Source of the DNA: Peptococcaceae bacterium UBA5356
GTDB lineage: Bacteria > Bacillota > Peptococcia > DRI-13 > DTU073
Length of the DNA stretch: 56,217 nucleotides
Assembly: GCA_002407935.1 (NCBI GenBank)
Contig: DHPU01000002.1
Location: 40,937 to 97,153 of the forward strand
Direction: 5' to 3'
The notes under the pieces were generated by a model. It made no database searches and had not been told where the DNA came from. It was given only the letters and a program-made list of their open reading frames with translations. Numbering within the stretch: the stretch's first letter is position 1; each line of letters starts with the position of its first letter. This document shows positions 30,913 to 40,367 of this stretch, in pieces. The translations under genes were made by a program, and so were the position numbers.

Positions 30913-32230
30913 AACAGGACTAGTTTTTTTCCCGGCTTTTGATTGGGCTATCTCTCCTACGCATCCGGAAAGGGAAGAACGCCTTCTTTATACGAGAGAC
31001 CAGATTTTTGAAGAGGGAATTCTAGATCAAGGCAGGATCATAGAATACAAACCTCGCCTTGCTGCAGAAAAAGACATCCAAAGAGTTCATTTTTGTGTAC
31101 CTGATCTTGCTGCTCAAACGACAACTGCTCATTTTATTTCCGCAGGAAGTGCTCTGAAATTAGGAGATGCCCTGATGGCGGGAGAAATCAACAATGGTTT
31201 TTCGCTGGTACGTCCTCCTGGGCATCATGCAATGCGGGTAGTTCACGGCAATAGGGGCTTTTGTAATATTAATAACGAAGCCATCCTAGTTGAATATCTG
31301 CGAAAAAAATATGGATTGAGAAAAATTGCTATCGTGGATACAGATGTACATCATGGTGATGGGACACAGGATATTTTTTACCATGACCCAGATGTGCTTT
31401 TTATTTCTTTGCATCAGGATGGTCGTACTCTCTACCCTGGGACAGGTTTTGTTGATGAAGCAGGAGGCCCGGGGGCTTATCTGAAGAATATTAATATACC
31501 ACTTCCTCCCGGTACAAGTGACGAGGGCTTTCTGAAAGTATGGCGGGAAATTATTAGCCCTCTTTTGCAGAGCTTTCATCCTGAATTAATTCTAAATTCG
31601 GCCGGACAGGACAATCATTTTACCGATCCACTGGCGAATATGCAGGTTAGTGCGCAAGGTTATGCCCGGCTTACGGAAGAATTAAAACCTCATCTGGCTG
31701 TTTTGGAGGGTGGTTATGCTATTGAGACGGCACTTCCTTATGTAAATATGGGTATTTTGCTGGCGTTGGCTGGACAGGATTATAGCTGGGTGATAGAGCC
31801 GCAGTTACAAAAGCAGCAAATTAAGCAGTCGGCCGAAGTAAGCAGATATGTGGATAAACTGATTACCTATTGGCAAAAGATACTTAGCCAGTTACCTCCG
31901 TCAAAGGAAGAATTATACGGACAGACAAGTATCTATACAAATCAGCGTTCCATCTATTATGATACGGAAAACATTCGGGAACAACAGCAGGAATATCTTC
32001 ATTATTGTCCTGATTGCCTTGGCCTTTATCAGGTAATTTCCCAAAGCGACAGAACCTCTGGACGACCAGGTTACTTGATCGAAGGGATTAGTATTCCAAT
32101 TTATGCGTGTTCTGCTTGTCATGAGAAAGGTTATCAATTGTGGGAAGAGGCCAAGAAAAAGCGAAAAGGCCATTTCTGTTATTTGCAGGATAAAAAAGAG
32201 GACCGTTACTTAGTACACAAAGTGATTTAA
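30905..32230 (+). CDS. Histone deacetylase-family Zn amidohydrolase with Cys-rich C-terminus
   Basis: HPE, RPPGHHA, GFC, DTDVHHGDGTQ, SAGQD, LEGGY; CPDC and CSAC near C-terminus. Confidence 0.9.
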   Translation: MSKTGLVFFPAFDWAISPTHPEREERLLYTRDQIFEEGILDQGRIIEYKPRLAAEKDIQRVHFCVPDLAAQTTTAHFISAGSALKLGDALMAGEINNGFSLVRPPGHHAMRVVHGNRGFCNINNEAILVEYLRKKYGLRKIAIVDTDVHHGDGTQDIFYHDPDVLFISLHQDGRTLYPGTGFVDEAGGPGAYLKNINIPLPPGTSDEGFLKVWREIISPLLQSFHPELILNSAGQDNHFTDPLANMQVSAQGYARLTEELKPHLAVLEGGYAIETALPYVNMGILLALAGQDYSWVIEPQLQKQQIKQSAEVSRYVDKLITYWQKILSQLPPSKEELYGQTSIYTNQRSIYYDTENIREQQQEYLHYCPDCLGLYQVISQSDRTSGRPGYLIEGISIPIYACSACHEKGYQLWEEAKKKRKGHFCYLQDKKEDRYLVHKVI

Positions 32231-32264
32231 TTATCGAGAATTAAGAAAGGGAAGGAGGCAAATC

Positions 32265-34184
32265 ATGACTAACATACACCTCCTGGATGAACTTACGGCC
32301 AATCAAATTGCAGCCGGTGAAGTAATTGAAAGGCCGGTTTCCGTAGTCAAAGAATTGGTGGAAAACTCTTTGGATGCCGGGGCTGGGAAAATAGTGGTGG
32401 AGATAAGGCAAGGCGGGTTATCTTTGCTTAAAGTTACGGACAATGGGTGTGGTATTTCACCCGAAAATTTATCTTTGGCAGTTAAGCGCCATGCTACCAG
32501 TAAGATTAGCACGATTACGGACTTAAATGAATTACAGACGCTAGGCTTTCGTGGTGAGGCACTAGCCAGTATTATTTCTGTAGCCAAAGTAGAAATATTA
32601 ACCAGAGAAGCCCAGGCGAATAGTGGGGTAAAATTGACTGTTGCCGGGGATAAGGAGATGGAGATTGAACCAATAGGCACTCAGGTAGGGACAACCATAG
32701 TAGTGGCTGATTTATTTTTTAACACACCTGCCCGAAAAAAATTTTTACGGTCGGAAGGATATGAGAGCGGCTTAATTCATGAAGTATTAACCAAATTTTC
32801 GCTTAGTCACCCACAGGTGAGTTTTCGCCTGACTCGGGACGGAAAAGAGATTTTAAATACGGCTGGAATTAATACACATCCAGATTTATTAGAACATTAT
32901 TATGGTCATGAGGTGAAAGAAGCCCTAGTAAAAGTAAGTGGTGAATTGCCGGGAGGACGCATTTTCGGTTATGTAACCTTACCTACTTATCATCGGAGGA
33001 ATAGAAAAGGGATCAATTTTTTTATTAATCAGCGGAGGATTTACTCCAAAGAATTGCTTCAGGCGTTGGAAAATGCTTATGAAGATACTCTGCCCAAAGG
33101 GCAATTTCCTCTTGGCGTACTGCATCTGCAACTCGATCCTGCTACGATTGATGTTAATGTTCACCCTAGCAAATTGGAAGTGCGCTTACGTAATCCTCTT
33201 TTGGCTAATGAAATGAGTTTTTTGCTTAAAAATCTTTTAATTAAAAACAAGAAAATCCCGCAATATTTTTTAGAAACAGTTCCGATAATTCCGGAAGCAG
33301 TCTCAGAAGCAAAACTTAAAGAGCCTATCGAAGTAGAGACTAAAGATACGGAACCTAGAGATATAGAATCCAAAGATATAGAACCTAGCGATACAGAGTT
33401 CAAAGATACAGTGTCCAGAGATATAGAGTACGGGAAGACAACCTCAGTGGAGATGAAGCTTGCTTGTACAGAGAAGAAGCTTAGAGATGTAAAGCCCGTA
33501 CAAGGTGTTTTTAAGGAATTTTATAGTGGGAGTTCTCCACAGAAAACAGAGGAAGCTAGCAGTTTGAAGAGCTTGGTCGATGCTGAGCAGGAGAGTCAAT
33601 TAGATAGTGCTTGGGAGGTAAAGGTGATTGGACAATTAGCGCAAACCTTTATTCTGGCGGAAAGTGAAGAGGGTCTTTATCTTATTGATCAGCATATAGC
33701 TCATGAAAGAGTTATTTATGAAAGACTGCTGGAAAAAGCTGCCACTGGCACGATAGAAAGTCAGGTACTTTTGCAGCCTGTAACTCTTCCTCTTTCCTTT
33801 TTAGAAGAAGAAGCAGTACTTAAATATATTCTGCCGTTGGTTGATTTAGGGATTATCTTGGAACATTTTGGCCCGAGAAGTTATCTGCTGCGTGCGATTC
33901 CTTCTGGAATCGGCGAAGAACCTCAGGATTATTTTTATTCATTGTTAGAGCATTTAGAAAGCAGTAAGGGCAAAACGGAGGTTAGTGATTTAAAAAAAGA
34001 GTTTCTAATTCACTCTTCTTGTAAAATGGCGATCAAGGCTAATACGAGACTAACATTTCAAGAGATGGAGCAGCTTCTTACTGATTTAAGTAAAACAAAG
34101 AATTATTTAACCTGCCCTCATGGACGACCGATTATCTATAAAATCACTTATCAGGAGATATTGAAGGCCTTTCATCGCGGTTGA
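32265..34184 (+). CDS. mutL: DNA mismatch repair endonuclease MutL
   Basis: NQIAAGEVIERP, GFRGEAL, DVNVHP, DQHIAHER, SCK, CPHGRP. Confidence 0.98.
   Translation: MTNIHLLDELTANQIAAGEVIERPVSVVKELVENSLDAGAGKIVVEIRQGGLSLLKVTDNGCGISPENLSLAVKRHATSKISTITDLNELQTLGFRGEALASIISVAKVEILTREAQANSGVKLTVAGDKEMEIEPIGTQVGTTIVVADLFFNTPARKKFLRSEGYESGLIHEVLTKFSLSHPQVSFRLTRDGKEILNTAGINTHPDLLEHYYGHEVKEALVKVSGELPGGRIFGYVTLPTYHRRNRKGINFFINQRRIYSKELLQALENAYEDTLPKGQFPLGVLHLQLDPATIDVNVHPSKLEVRLRNPLLANEMSFLLKNLLIKNKKIPQYFLETVPIIPEAVSEAKLKEPIEVETKDTEPRDIESKDIEPSDTEFKDTVSRDIEYGKTTSVEMKLACTEKKLRDVKPVQGVFKEFYSGSSPQKTEEASSLKSLVDAEQESQLDSAWEVKVIGQLAQTFILAESEEGLYLIDQHIAHERVIYERLLEKAATGTIESQVLLQPVTLPLSFLEEEAVLKYILPLVDLGIILEHFGPRSYLLRAIPSGIGEEPQDYFYSLLEHLESSKGKTEVSDLKKEFLIHSSCKMAIKANTRLTFQEMEQLLTDLSKTKNYLTCPHGRPIIYKITYQEILKAFHRG
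33336..33425 (+). repeat. Degenerate 15-bp tandem repeat (about 6 units) in the MutL linker
   Basis: ETKDT/EPRDI/ESKDI/EPSDT/EFKDT/VSRDI. Confidence 0.8.
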
Positions 34185-34240
34185 TACTGATAAATAAAAT
34201 TAAAAAAACTGGTAAAAATAAAAAAGAGGAGAGAGGCAGA

Positions 34241-35194
34241 TTGCATCCATTGGTAGTTATTCTTGGACCAACGGCTTCAGGTAAAACCAAAATAGCGGTA
34301 GATCTTGCCTTAAAGGTAGGGGGAGAGATCATTTCCGGAGATTCCATGCAGGTTTATCGCTATATGGATATTGGTACAGCCAAAATTAAGCCAGCCGAAA
34401 CAAAAGGCATACCTCATCATTTGCTTGATCTAAAAAATCCTGACGAATTCTTTAGTGTGGCTGAGTTTCAAAAACTAGCCAGGGAAAAAATAGCTGAGAT
34501 TACCGGTAGAGGGAAAGTTCCTTTTTTAGTTGGAGGAACCGGATTATATATTCAGGCAGTGATTGATCCCTATGAATTTACAGAACAGGAAAATCTGCAA
34601 CCTTATCGACATCAGCTTTTTTTATTGGCTCAGGAACGCGGTGAAGATTATTTGCATACGCTGCTTAGTGATGTTGATTCTGTTGCGGCTCAGAACATAC
34701 ATCCCCATGACTTAAAAAGAGTAAGAAGGGCTCTTGAGTATTACCATTTGACGGGAAAACCTATTTCGGCCAATAGGAAAGCAGCCACAGAAAAAAGGCA
34801 GGGAAAGACTTCCCAATATAACTTAGTACTCATCGGTCTAACCATGGAACGTGCTTTACTGTATCAGAAAATCGAACAACGAGTAGAGCGAATGATGGAA
34901 GCGGGATTATTAGAGGAAGTGAAATCTCTTCTTTTACAAGGGTATTCTCCGGAATTACCGGCCATGCAGGGGTTGGGCTACAAACAACTAGTCACTTATT
35001 TAGGTGGAGAAGGGGAGTTGTTAGAAGCTATTAATTTAATTAAGAAGGAAACAAGGCATTTTGCCAAACGGCAGATGACCTGGTTTAAACGTGACTCCAG
35101 GATAAATTGGTTTGCGGTGGATGAAATTAATAGCAATTATGAAAATATATTAACGGAAATGTTGCTTATTATTAGCAGGACTATCAGTAGATAA
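34241..35194 (+). CDS. miaA: tRNA dimethylallyltransferase
   Basis: GPTASGKT, DSMQVYRYMDIGTAK, VGGTGLY, FAKRQMTWF; TTG 34241 after SD. Confidence 0.97.
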   Translation: MHPLVVILGPTASGKTKIAVDLALKVGGEIISGDSMQVYRYMDIGTAKIKPAETKGIPHHLLDLKNPDEFFSVAEFQKLAREKIAEITGRGKVPFLVGGTGLYIQAVIDPYEFTEQENLQPYRHQLFLLAQERGEDYLHTLLSDVDSVAAQNIHPHDLKRVRRALEYYHLTGKPISANRKAATEKRQGKTSQYNLVLIGLTMERALLYQKIEQRVERMMEAGLLEEVKSLLLQGYSPELPAMQGLGYKQLVTYLGGEGELLEAINLIKKETRHFAKRQMTWFKRDSRINWFAVDEINSNYENILTEMLLIISRTISR

Positions 35195-35203
35195 TGTAGA
35201 ATA
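35175..35203 (+). promoter_or_regulatory. SigH-like promoter upstream of hfq
   Basis: GCAGGA, 18 nt, GAAT overlapping the miaA 3' end. Confidence 0.5.
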
Positions 35204-35250
35204 AGTAAACTGTTCAACTGAATATGAATAGAAATAGCGGAGGGATTAGA

Positions 35251-35490
35251 GTGAACAAACAACAAATAAATCTGCAGGATTCCTTTTTAAATCAAGTTAG
35301 AAAAGATAATATATCAGTTACGATATTTTTAATTAATGGGTTTCAATTAAAAGGTAATGTAAGAGGTTTTGATAATTTTACAGTTATTTTAGAAGTTGAT
35401 GGTAAGCAACAGATGGTCTATAAACATGCTATCTCCACAATTTCACCGATAAAACCGGTAATTTTTAATCCGGAGACAAATAATAATTGA
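35251..35490 (+). CDS. hfq: RNA chaperone Hfq
   Basis: [29 protein letters not shown]; GTG 35251 after SD GGAGG. Confidence 0.97.
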   Translation: MNKQQINLQDSFLNQVRKDNISVTIFLINGFQLKGNVRGFDNFTVILEVDGKQQMVYKHAISTISPIKPVIFNPETNNN

Positions 35491-35569
35491 TGTAAATAAA
35501 TTGTCACCAAACAATTTATCCGGCATAATTTATAATGTTAAATTCTATGCAGCAGGATGGTGACAATCT

Positions 35570-36547
35570 GTGTCAATACGCCTTTCTTTTCATCCTCAGA
35601 AAAAAAACGAACCGCCCCAAATAATCATTAATAAACCGGCTAAGTTTGAAAACAAACTATCGAATATATATATGTTTAATAATTTAGTAAAAGCACAGCC
35701 ACATAATGAGCAGGAGGCTTCCCAGCAACAGAAAGTACAAGCAATATTACAGGAATTAGATGCTTTGATTGGCTTGGAAGCAGTTAAAAAGCTTATTTGG
35801 GAATTACAAGCATTTATTGAAATCCAAAAGAAAAGAGCAAAAGAAAACTTAGTAACAGAGATGCCGGTACTGCATATGCTTTTCAAGGGAAATCCAGGAA
35901 CCGGGAAAACGACAGTGGCTCGTATTGTGGGTAATCTCTTTAAAGAAATGGGGCTCCTTAAAAAAGGGCATGTCATTGAGGTGGAAAGAGCGGATCTGGT
36001 AGGAGAATATATCGGTCATACTGCTTTAAAGACGCGAGAACAAATTAAATACGCTCTAGGTGGTGTACTGTTTATTGATGAGGCTTATTCCCTCGCTAGA
36101 GGGGGAGAAAGAGATTTTGGTAAAGAAGCGATAGATGCTATGGTCAAAGCGATGGAAGATCATAAAGATAATCTTATTCTTATTTTGGCGGGATATAGAA
36201 ATGAAATGAATTATTTTTTGGAGTCAAATCCCGGGCTGCCTTCTCGTTTCCCAATTCAGATTGATTTTCCGGATTTCAGTATTAAAGAATTAATAGCGAT
36301 TGCTGAACAAATGTTACAAAAGAGAGACTATCAATTTACGGAAGAAGCCAAAAAAGAACTAGAAAACATTTTAATACATAAAATTAGTGTTGCTCAGGAA
36401 CAGAATGGAAATGCCCGTCTGGTTAGAAATTTAATCGAAAAAGCAATGCGTCGGCAGGCAGTACGTCTGGTTAATCAACTTCATCTTACGCGTAATGATT
36501 TACTGCTGATAACTTGGAGTGATCTTCATCAGAGCGAAGAAAATTAA
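35570..36547 (+). CDS. spoVK: Stage V sporulation protein K (AAA+ ATPase)
   Basis: LHMLFKGNPGTGKT, RADLVGEYIGHTA, FIDEAYSL, DFGKEAID, NARLVRN; hfq-spoVK-hflX order. Confidence 0.92.
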   Translation: MSIRLSFHPQKKNEPPQIIINKPAKFENKLSNIYMFNNLVKAQPHNEQEASQQQKVQAILQELDALIGLEAVKKLIWELQAFIEIQKKRAKENLVTEMPVLHMLFKGNPGTGKTTVARIVGNLFKEMGLLKKGHVIEVERADLVGEYIGHTALKTREQIKYALGGVLFIDEAYSLARGGERDFGKEAIDAMVKAMEDHKDNLILILAGYRNEMNYFLESNPGLPSRFPIQIDFPDFSIKELIAIAEQMLQKRDYQFTEEAKKELENILIHKISVAQEQNGNARLVRNLIEKAMRRQAVRLVNQLHLTRNDLLLITWSDLHQSEEN

Positions 36548-36564
36548 AAAAGTTATAGTGCATA

Positions 36565-36607
36565 TTAATAATCCGCTTCCCTTATAATAAGGAAAGCGGA
36601 TTATTAA
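36565..36607. terminator. Hairpin between convergent spoVK and small minus-strand gene
   Basis: TTAATAATCCGCTTCCCTTAT / ATAAGGAAAGCGGATTATTAA inverted repeat. Confidence 0.75.
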
Positions 36608-36775
36608 TTACCGACGATTGGAAGGTCTAAACATATCCAGTGTTCCAAGTACAATATGAGCTAAGCCGAAACCTGTAATCCCGGCGCCCACAGGCCCGCC
36701 TACGTAGGCCCCGATTCCTGTTACTGTTGCTCCTAATCCGGTAATAACCCAACTAGTGGCCTTTTTTTTCTTCAT
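36608..36775 (-). CDS. 55-aa Gly-rich small membrane protein (absent from ORF track)
   Basis: MKKKKATSWVITGLGATVTGIGAYVGGPVGAGITGFGLAHIVLGTLDMFRPSNRR; SD GGGAGGTGA; ends at hairpin. Confidence 0.8.
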   Translation of the reverse strand: MKKKKATSWVITGLGATVTGIGAYVGGPVGAGITGFGLAHIVLGTLDMFRPSNRR

Positions 36776-36951
36776 ACGATTCACCTCCCATAACTTATTA
36801 TTTCATTGCTTATTGTCAATTATGCTTTCGAGAATTATTTGACTTGACACTTTTTGGTGACTTAAAACCTGTTTTAAATAATTTAGATACGGATAAAATA
36901 ATAAAGAAAAATAGGGATTAGAATTTTTATTACGAGAGGTAGGTATTAATT

Positions 36952-37095
36952 ATGCCCTTAAGAGCATGTCCAAAATGTCAACACCATTTTTATCAAATTA
37001 TGGAGCAATCTTCAAACGCGCAATATGTGATGTGTTCTTCTTGTGGATCGTTATTAGGAACATTTCAGGAAGATATGAAAAGAGAAGAAACTTAA
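36952..37095 (+). CDS. 47-aa zinc-ribbon-like protein (absent from ORF track)
   Basis: MPLRACPKCQ...MCSSCG..; two CxxC; SD GAGGT/AGGT upstream; followed by terminator. Confidence 0.7.
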   Translation: MPLRACPKCQHHFYQIMEQSSNAQYVMCSSCGSLLGTFQEDMKREET

Positions 37096-37096
37096 A

Positions 37097-37120
37097 GAGC
37101 CTTAGGGCTCGTTTCTTTTT
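37097..37120 (+). terminator. Intrinsic terminator after small CxxC gene
   Basis: GAGCC-TTAG-GGCTC then T-rich tract. Confidence 0.6.
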
Positions 37121-37178
37121 ACTCATTTTTGTGCTATAATTCAGCTGAAAAGCTTCAATAAAAGTTGGAGGCGGTTGT

Positions 37179-38969
37179 TTGGGCATTTATGGGAATTTGT
37201 CAAATATAAAAAAAGAGCAAATGGAACACTTAAAAGCTTTGCAAAATAGTGTTTATCCTAAAAGAGATATTGTTAGTCAGGAACTTGCTCTACAGCTAGC
37301 TTCTTTAACAGAAAGCATTGGACGAGAAATTGCCGTTTATCTGGATAGGTATGGTCGGATTAGAGATGTCATGGTTGGGGATCAAGATACAGTTCCCTTG
37401 CTGAAGGCACATTTGCGCCGCAATTTTGCAAGATTAGCCGGGTTGAGATGTATTCATACACATCCTAGTGGTAATAGTACATTAAGTGAAATTGATTTAA
37501 GCAGTCTTCAGGAATATAAGTTGGATGCGATCGTGGCTATTGGCGCTGGCTCAGAAAAAAATCTTAAAATTTCAGTAGCGTTTCTGCAACCTGGAGATGA
37601 TTATAAATATACGGTTAAATTGATTGAGCCGATGGGATTGAAGGAACTAGAAAACTTCTGTTTTTGGGATATTCTCCAGGAAATTGATAAAAAAAGCAAA
37701 AACTCTTCATTGTTTGTCGAGAAAACAAAAGAAGAAAAAACACTTTTAATTGGGTTTAAAGGGGCAAAAGAAAAGCTCATTACTGGTGAAGAATCATTAG
37801 AAGAATTACGAGCCTTAGCAGAAACAGCGGGAGCCGATGTTAAGCAGCAAATTATGATTAAATTAATTAAACCTGATCCCTCTTTTTATCTAGGTAGAGG
37901 CAAGGCCAAGGATTTTTCCCTTTATATACAACAGGAAGCAATAGATCTGATCATCTTTGATGATGAATTATCACCTAGACAGCAAAACAACCTAGAAGAT
38001 TTACTAGGTTGTCGTGTTATTGATCGGACAGCTTTAATTTTGCAAATCTTTGCTAATAGGGCTAAAACAAAGGAAGGTCAACTTCAAGTTGAATTAGCAC
38101 AGTTAAATTACTTATTGCCGCGCATGAGAGGAAGGGGGATAGAGTTATCCCGTCTTGGCGGCGGCATAGGAACCAGAGGTCCTGGTGAAACAAAATTAGA
38201 AACTGATAAACGTTATATCCGTAAAAGGATTAGTGAACTTCAAAATAAAATTGAAGAAATAAAAAAACAACGCCAAATTATCCGACAGAAAAGAAGCCAA
38301 AATCAGATCCCGGTTGTAGCCTTAATTGGATACACAAATGCTGGAAAATCAACAATTCTGAACACTTTGACTAATGCGAATGCCTTAGCCGAAGATAAAC
38401 TTTTTGCTACTCTCGACCCTACAACTAGAAAGTTAAAATTGAACCAGGAAGATATCTTGTTAACAGATACTGTTGGTTTTATTCATAAGTTACCGCACCA
38501 GTTGGTGGCTGCCTTTAGAGCTACGTTGGAAGAGATTAAATATGCCGATTTACTTCTTCATGTAGTTGATGCAGCTAATTCTGCCTGCTTATCTCATATT
38601 GAGACTGTTAACCAGGTACTTAAAGAGTTAGATTGCCTTGCTAAGCCTACAATTATGGTTTTTAATAAATGGGATTTAATTAAGGATGCTGTAGAAATGA
38701 ACTGTATCTTAAAACAGGAACATCCTGCTATCCCTGTTTCTGCTGTAAAAAACTTTAATCTGATCAAGCTGATGAGTTTAATTGGTAATAATTTACCCCA
38801 GCGAGTTAAATTAGTGGAATTAATGCTCCCGTTTAATAAAAACTTTCTTATAAACTTACTTTATGAAGAGGGAAAGGTAATAAAAACAGAATACAGAGAA
38901 GAAGGGATTTTTTGTTCTGTTTACCTGACTGACCGTTTTATAAATCAAGTGCAGGAATATTTGTTATAA
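37179..38969 (+). CDS. hflX: GTPase HflX (long form with N-terminal extension)
   Basis: GGGIGTRGPGETKLE, GYTNAGKS, LFATLDPT, DTVGF, NKWD. Confidence 0.95.
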   Translation: MGIYGNLSNIKKEQMEHLKALQNSVYPKRDIVSQELALQLASLTESIGREIAVYLDRYGRIRDVMVGDQDTVPLLKAHLRRNFARLAGLRCIHTHPSGNSTLSEIDLSSLQEYKLDAIVAIGAGSEKNLKISVAFLQPGDDYKYTVKLIEPMGLKELENFCFWDILQEIDKKSKNSSLFVEKTKEEKTLLIGFKGAKEKLITGEESLEELRALAETAGADVKQQIMIKLIKPDPSFYLGRGKAKDFSLYIQQEAIDLIIFDDELSPRQQNNLEDLLGCRVIDRTALILQIFANRAKTKEGQLQVELAQLNYLLPRMRGRGIELSRLGGGIGTRGPGETKLETDKRYIRKRISELQNKIEEIKKQRQIIRQKRSQNQIPVVALIGYTNAGKSTILNTLTNANALAEDKLFATLDPTTRKLKLNQEDILLTDTVGFIHKLPHQLVAAFRATLEEIKYADLLLHVVDAANSACLSHIETVNQVLKELDCLAKPTIMVFNKWDLIKDAVEMNCILKQEHPAIPVSAVKNFNLIKLMSLIGNNLPQRVKLVELMLPFNKNFLINLLYEEGKVIKTEYREEGIFCSVYLTDRFINQVQEYLL

Positions 38970-39001
38970 TTATTTTTGCTGATATTTTTAGGATAAGGGG
39001 A

Positions 39002-40297
39002 ATGATGATGATCATGAGCATATCAAAAAATACATATTATGAGTATTTACAAAAGGAATATCCAATTGATCAGGAAATTATCGAGAGAATGGAGGAAGCT
39101 TATCAGGACAGTCAACCTTTATTCCAAAAAATAGCTCAAGTTGCCGAAATAAATCAACTAAAAATATTGCGAGCTTTTCAAAAGAATTATATTACTGATT
39201 TTCATTTAAATGGCTCAACTGGTTATGGATATGGAGATGAGGGACGTGATAACCTAGAAAAGGTTTATGCAGCTGTTTTCCGAGCTGAAAAGGCTTTGGT
39301 TCGCTCCCAAATTGTTTCGGGTACTCATGCTATTGCCTTGGGTCTTTTGAGCAATCTAAAAGCCGGGGACGAGCTTATTGCCGCAACAGGGTGTCCTTAT
39401 GATACTCTTCTTAAAGTAATTGGCGTTCACGGGGAAGAAGGTTCTTTATTAGAAAATGGCGTAAAGTATACGGAAATACCCTTGACTGCAGAAAAGACAA
39501 TTGATTTGTCGCAAGTTTGTGCGAAGATTACCGTCAAAACTAAAATGGTTATTTTTCAGCGATCGAAGGGATATTCCTGGCGTCCTTCGTTTACTATTGC
39601 CCAGCTAGCCAAGGCAATCCAAACTATCAAAAGCCAGTTTCCTTATGTAATTTGTATGGTTGATAATTGTTATGGCGAATTTGTTGAGGAGCAAGAGCCT
39701 TTAGAAGTAGGTGCTGATTTAATTGCCGGTTCTTTAATTAAGAATCCGGGAGGAGGATTAGCTTTAACGGGAGGATACTTGGTAGGTAAAGCAGCTTTGA
39801 TTGAGAAGGCAGCACTTCGTTTGACTGCGCCGGGAATCGGACTTGAAGTTGGTTCCAGTTTAATTTTCGGGCGTTTTGCCTATCAAGGATTGTTTATGGC
39901 TCCCTTAATTGTAGGAGAAGCTTTAAAAGGAGCTGTGCTTGCGGCTAAATTCTTTCAATTATTGGGTTATCCTGTCTTGCCTGAATTTCAGGAGGATAGG
40001 ACCGACATTATTCAAGCTATTAGGCTGGGGAGTCGTGAATTAATGATTGCTTTTTGTCGTGGAATCCAAAAGGGGTGTCCTTTAGATGCTCATGTTACCC
40101 CTGAACCGGCTTTATTACCTGGTTATACCGATGAGGTGATTATGGCTGGAGGAACTTTTATTCAGGGATCATCAATAGAACTTAGTGCTGATGGACCTAT
40201 TCGTTCTCCGTATATTATTTATTTACAAGGCGGTTTAACCCTTGGTCATATCAAAACCGGTTTAATTCTAGCCGCAGAAGAAATGAGAAAAGCATAG
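39002..40297 (+). CDS. ynbB: YnbB/aluminium-resistance (methionine gamma-lyase-like) PLP protein
   Basis: GYGYGDEGRD, VSGTHAI, QRSKGY, VDNCYGEF, GSLIKNPGGG, IELSADGP; follows hflX. Confidence 0.88.
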   Translation: MMMIMSISKNTYYEYLQKEYPIDQEIIERMEEAYQDSQPLFQKIAQVAEINQLKILRAFQKNYITDFHLNGSTGYGYGDEGRDNLEKVYAAVFRAEKALVRSQIVSGTHAIALGLLSNLKAGDELIAATGCPYDTLLKVIGVHGEEGSLLENGVKYTEIPLTAEKTIDLSQVCAKITVKTKMVIFQRSKGYSWRPSFTIAQLAKAIQTIKSQFPYVICMVDNCYGEFVEEQEPLEVGADLIAGSLIKNPGGGLALTGGYLVGKAALIEKAALRLTAPGIGLEVGSSLIFGRFAYQGLFMAPLIVGEALKGAVLAAKFFQLLGYPVLPEFQEDRTDIIQAIRLGSRELMIAFCRGIQKGCPLDAHVTPEPALLPGYTDEVIMAGGTFIQGSSIELSADGPIRSPYIIYLQGGLTLGHIKTGLILAAEEMRKA

Positions 40298-40320
40298 GCT
40301 AAAGAACGCTGAGTGTAAGA

Positions 40321-40367
40321 AAAGGGCTGTTGCTACGGATTAATCTTCATTGTGCAACAGCCCCTTT
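40321..40367. terminator. Bidirectional terminator / REP-like hairpin between ynbB and lexA
   Basis: GGGCTGTTGC, 20-nt loop, GCAACAGCCC with A/T tails; similar copy at 45967-46016. Confidence 0.75.

Noticed and set aside
36998-37186. 62-aa minus-strand ORF
   Set aside because: Antisense to the better-supported CxxC gene and overlaps the hflX start
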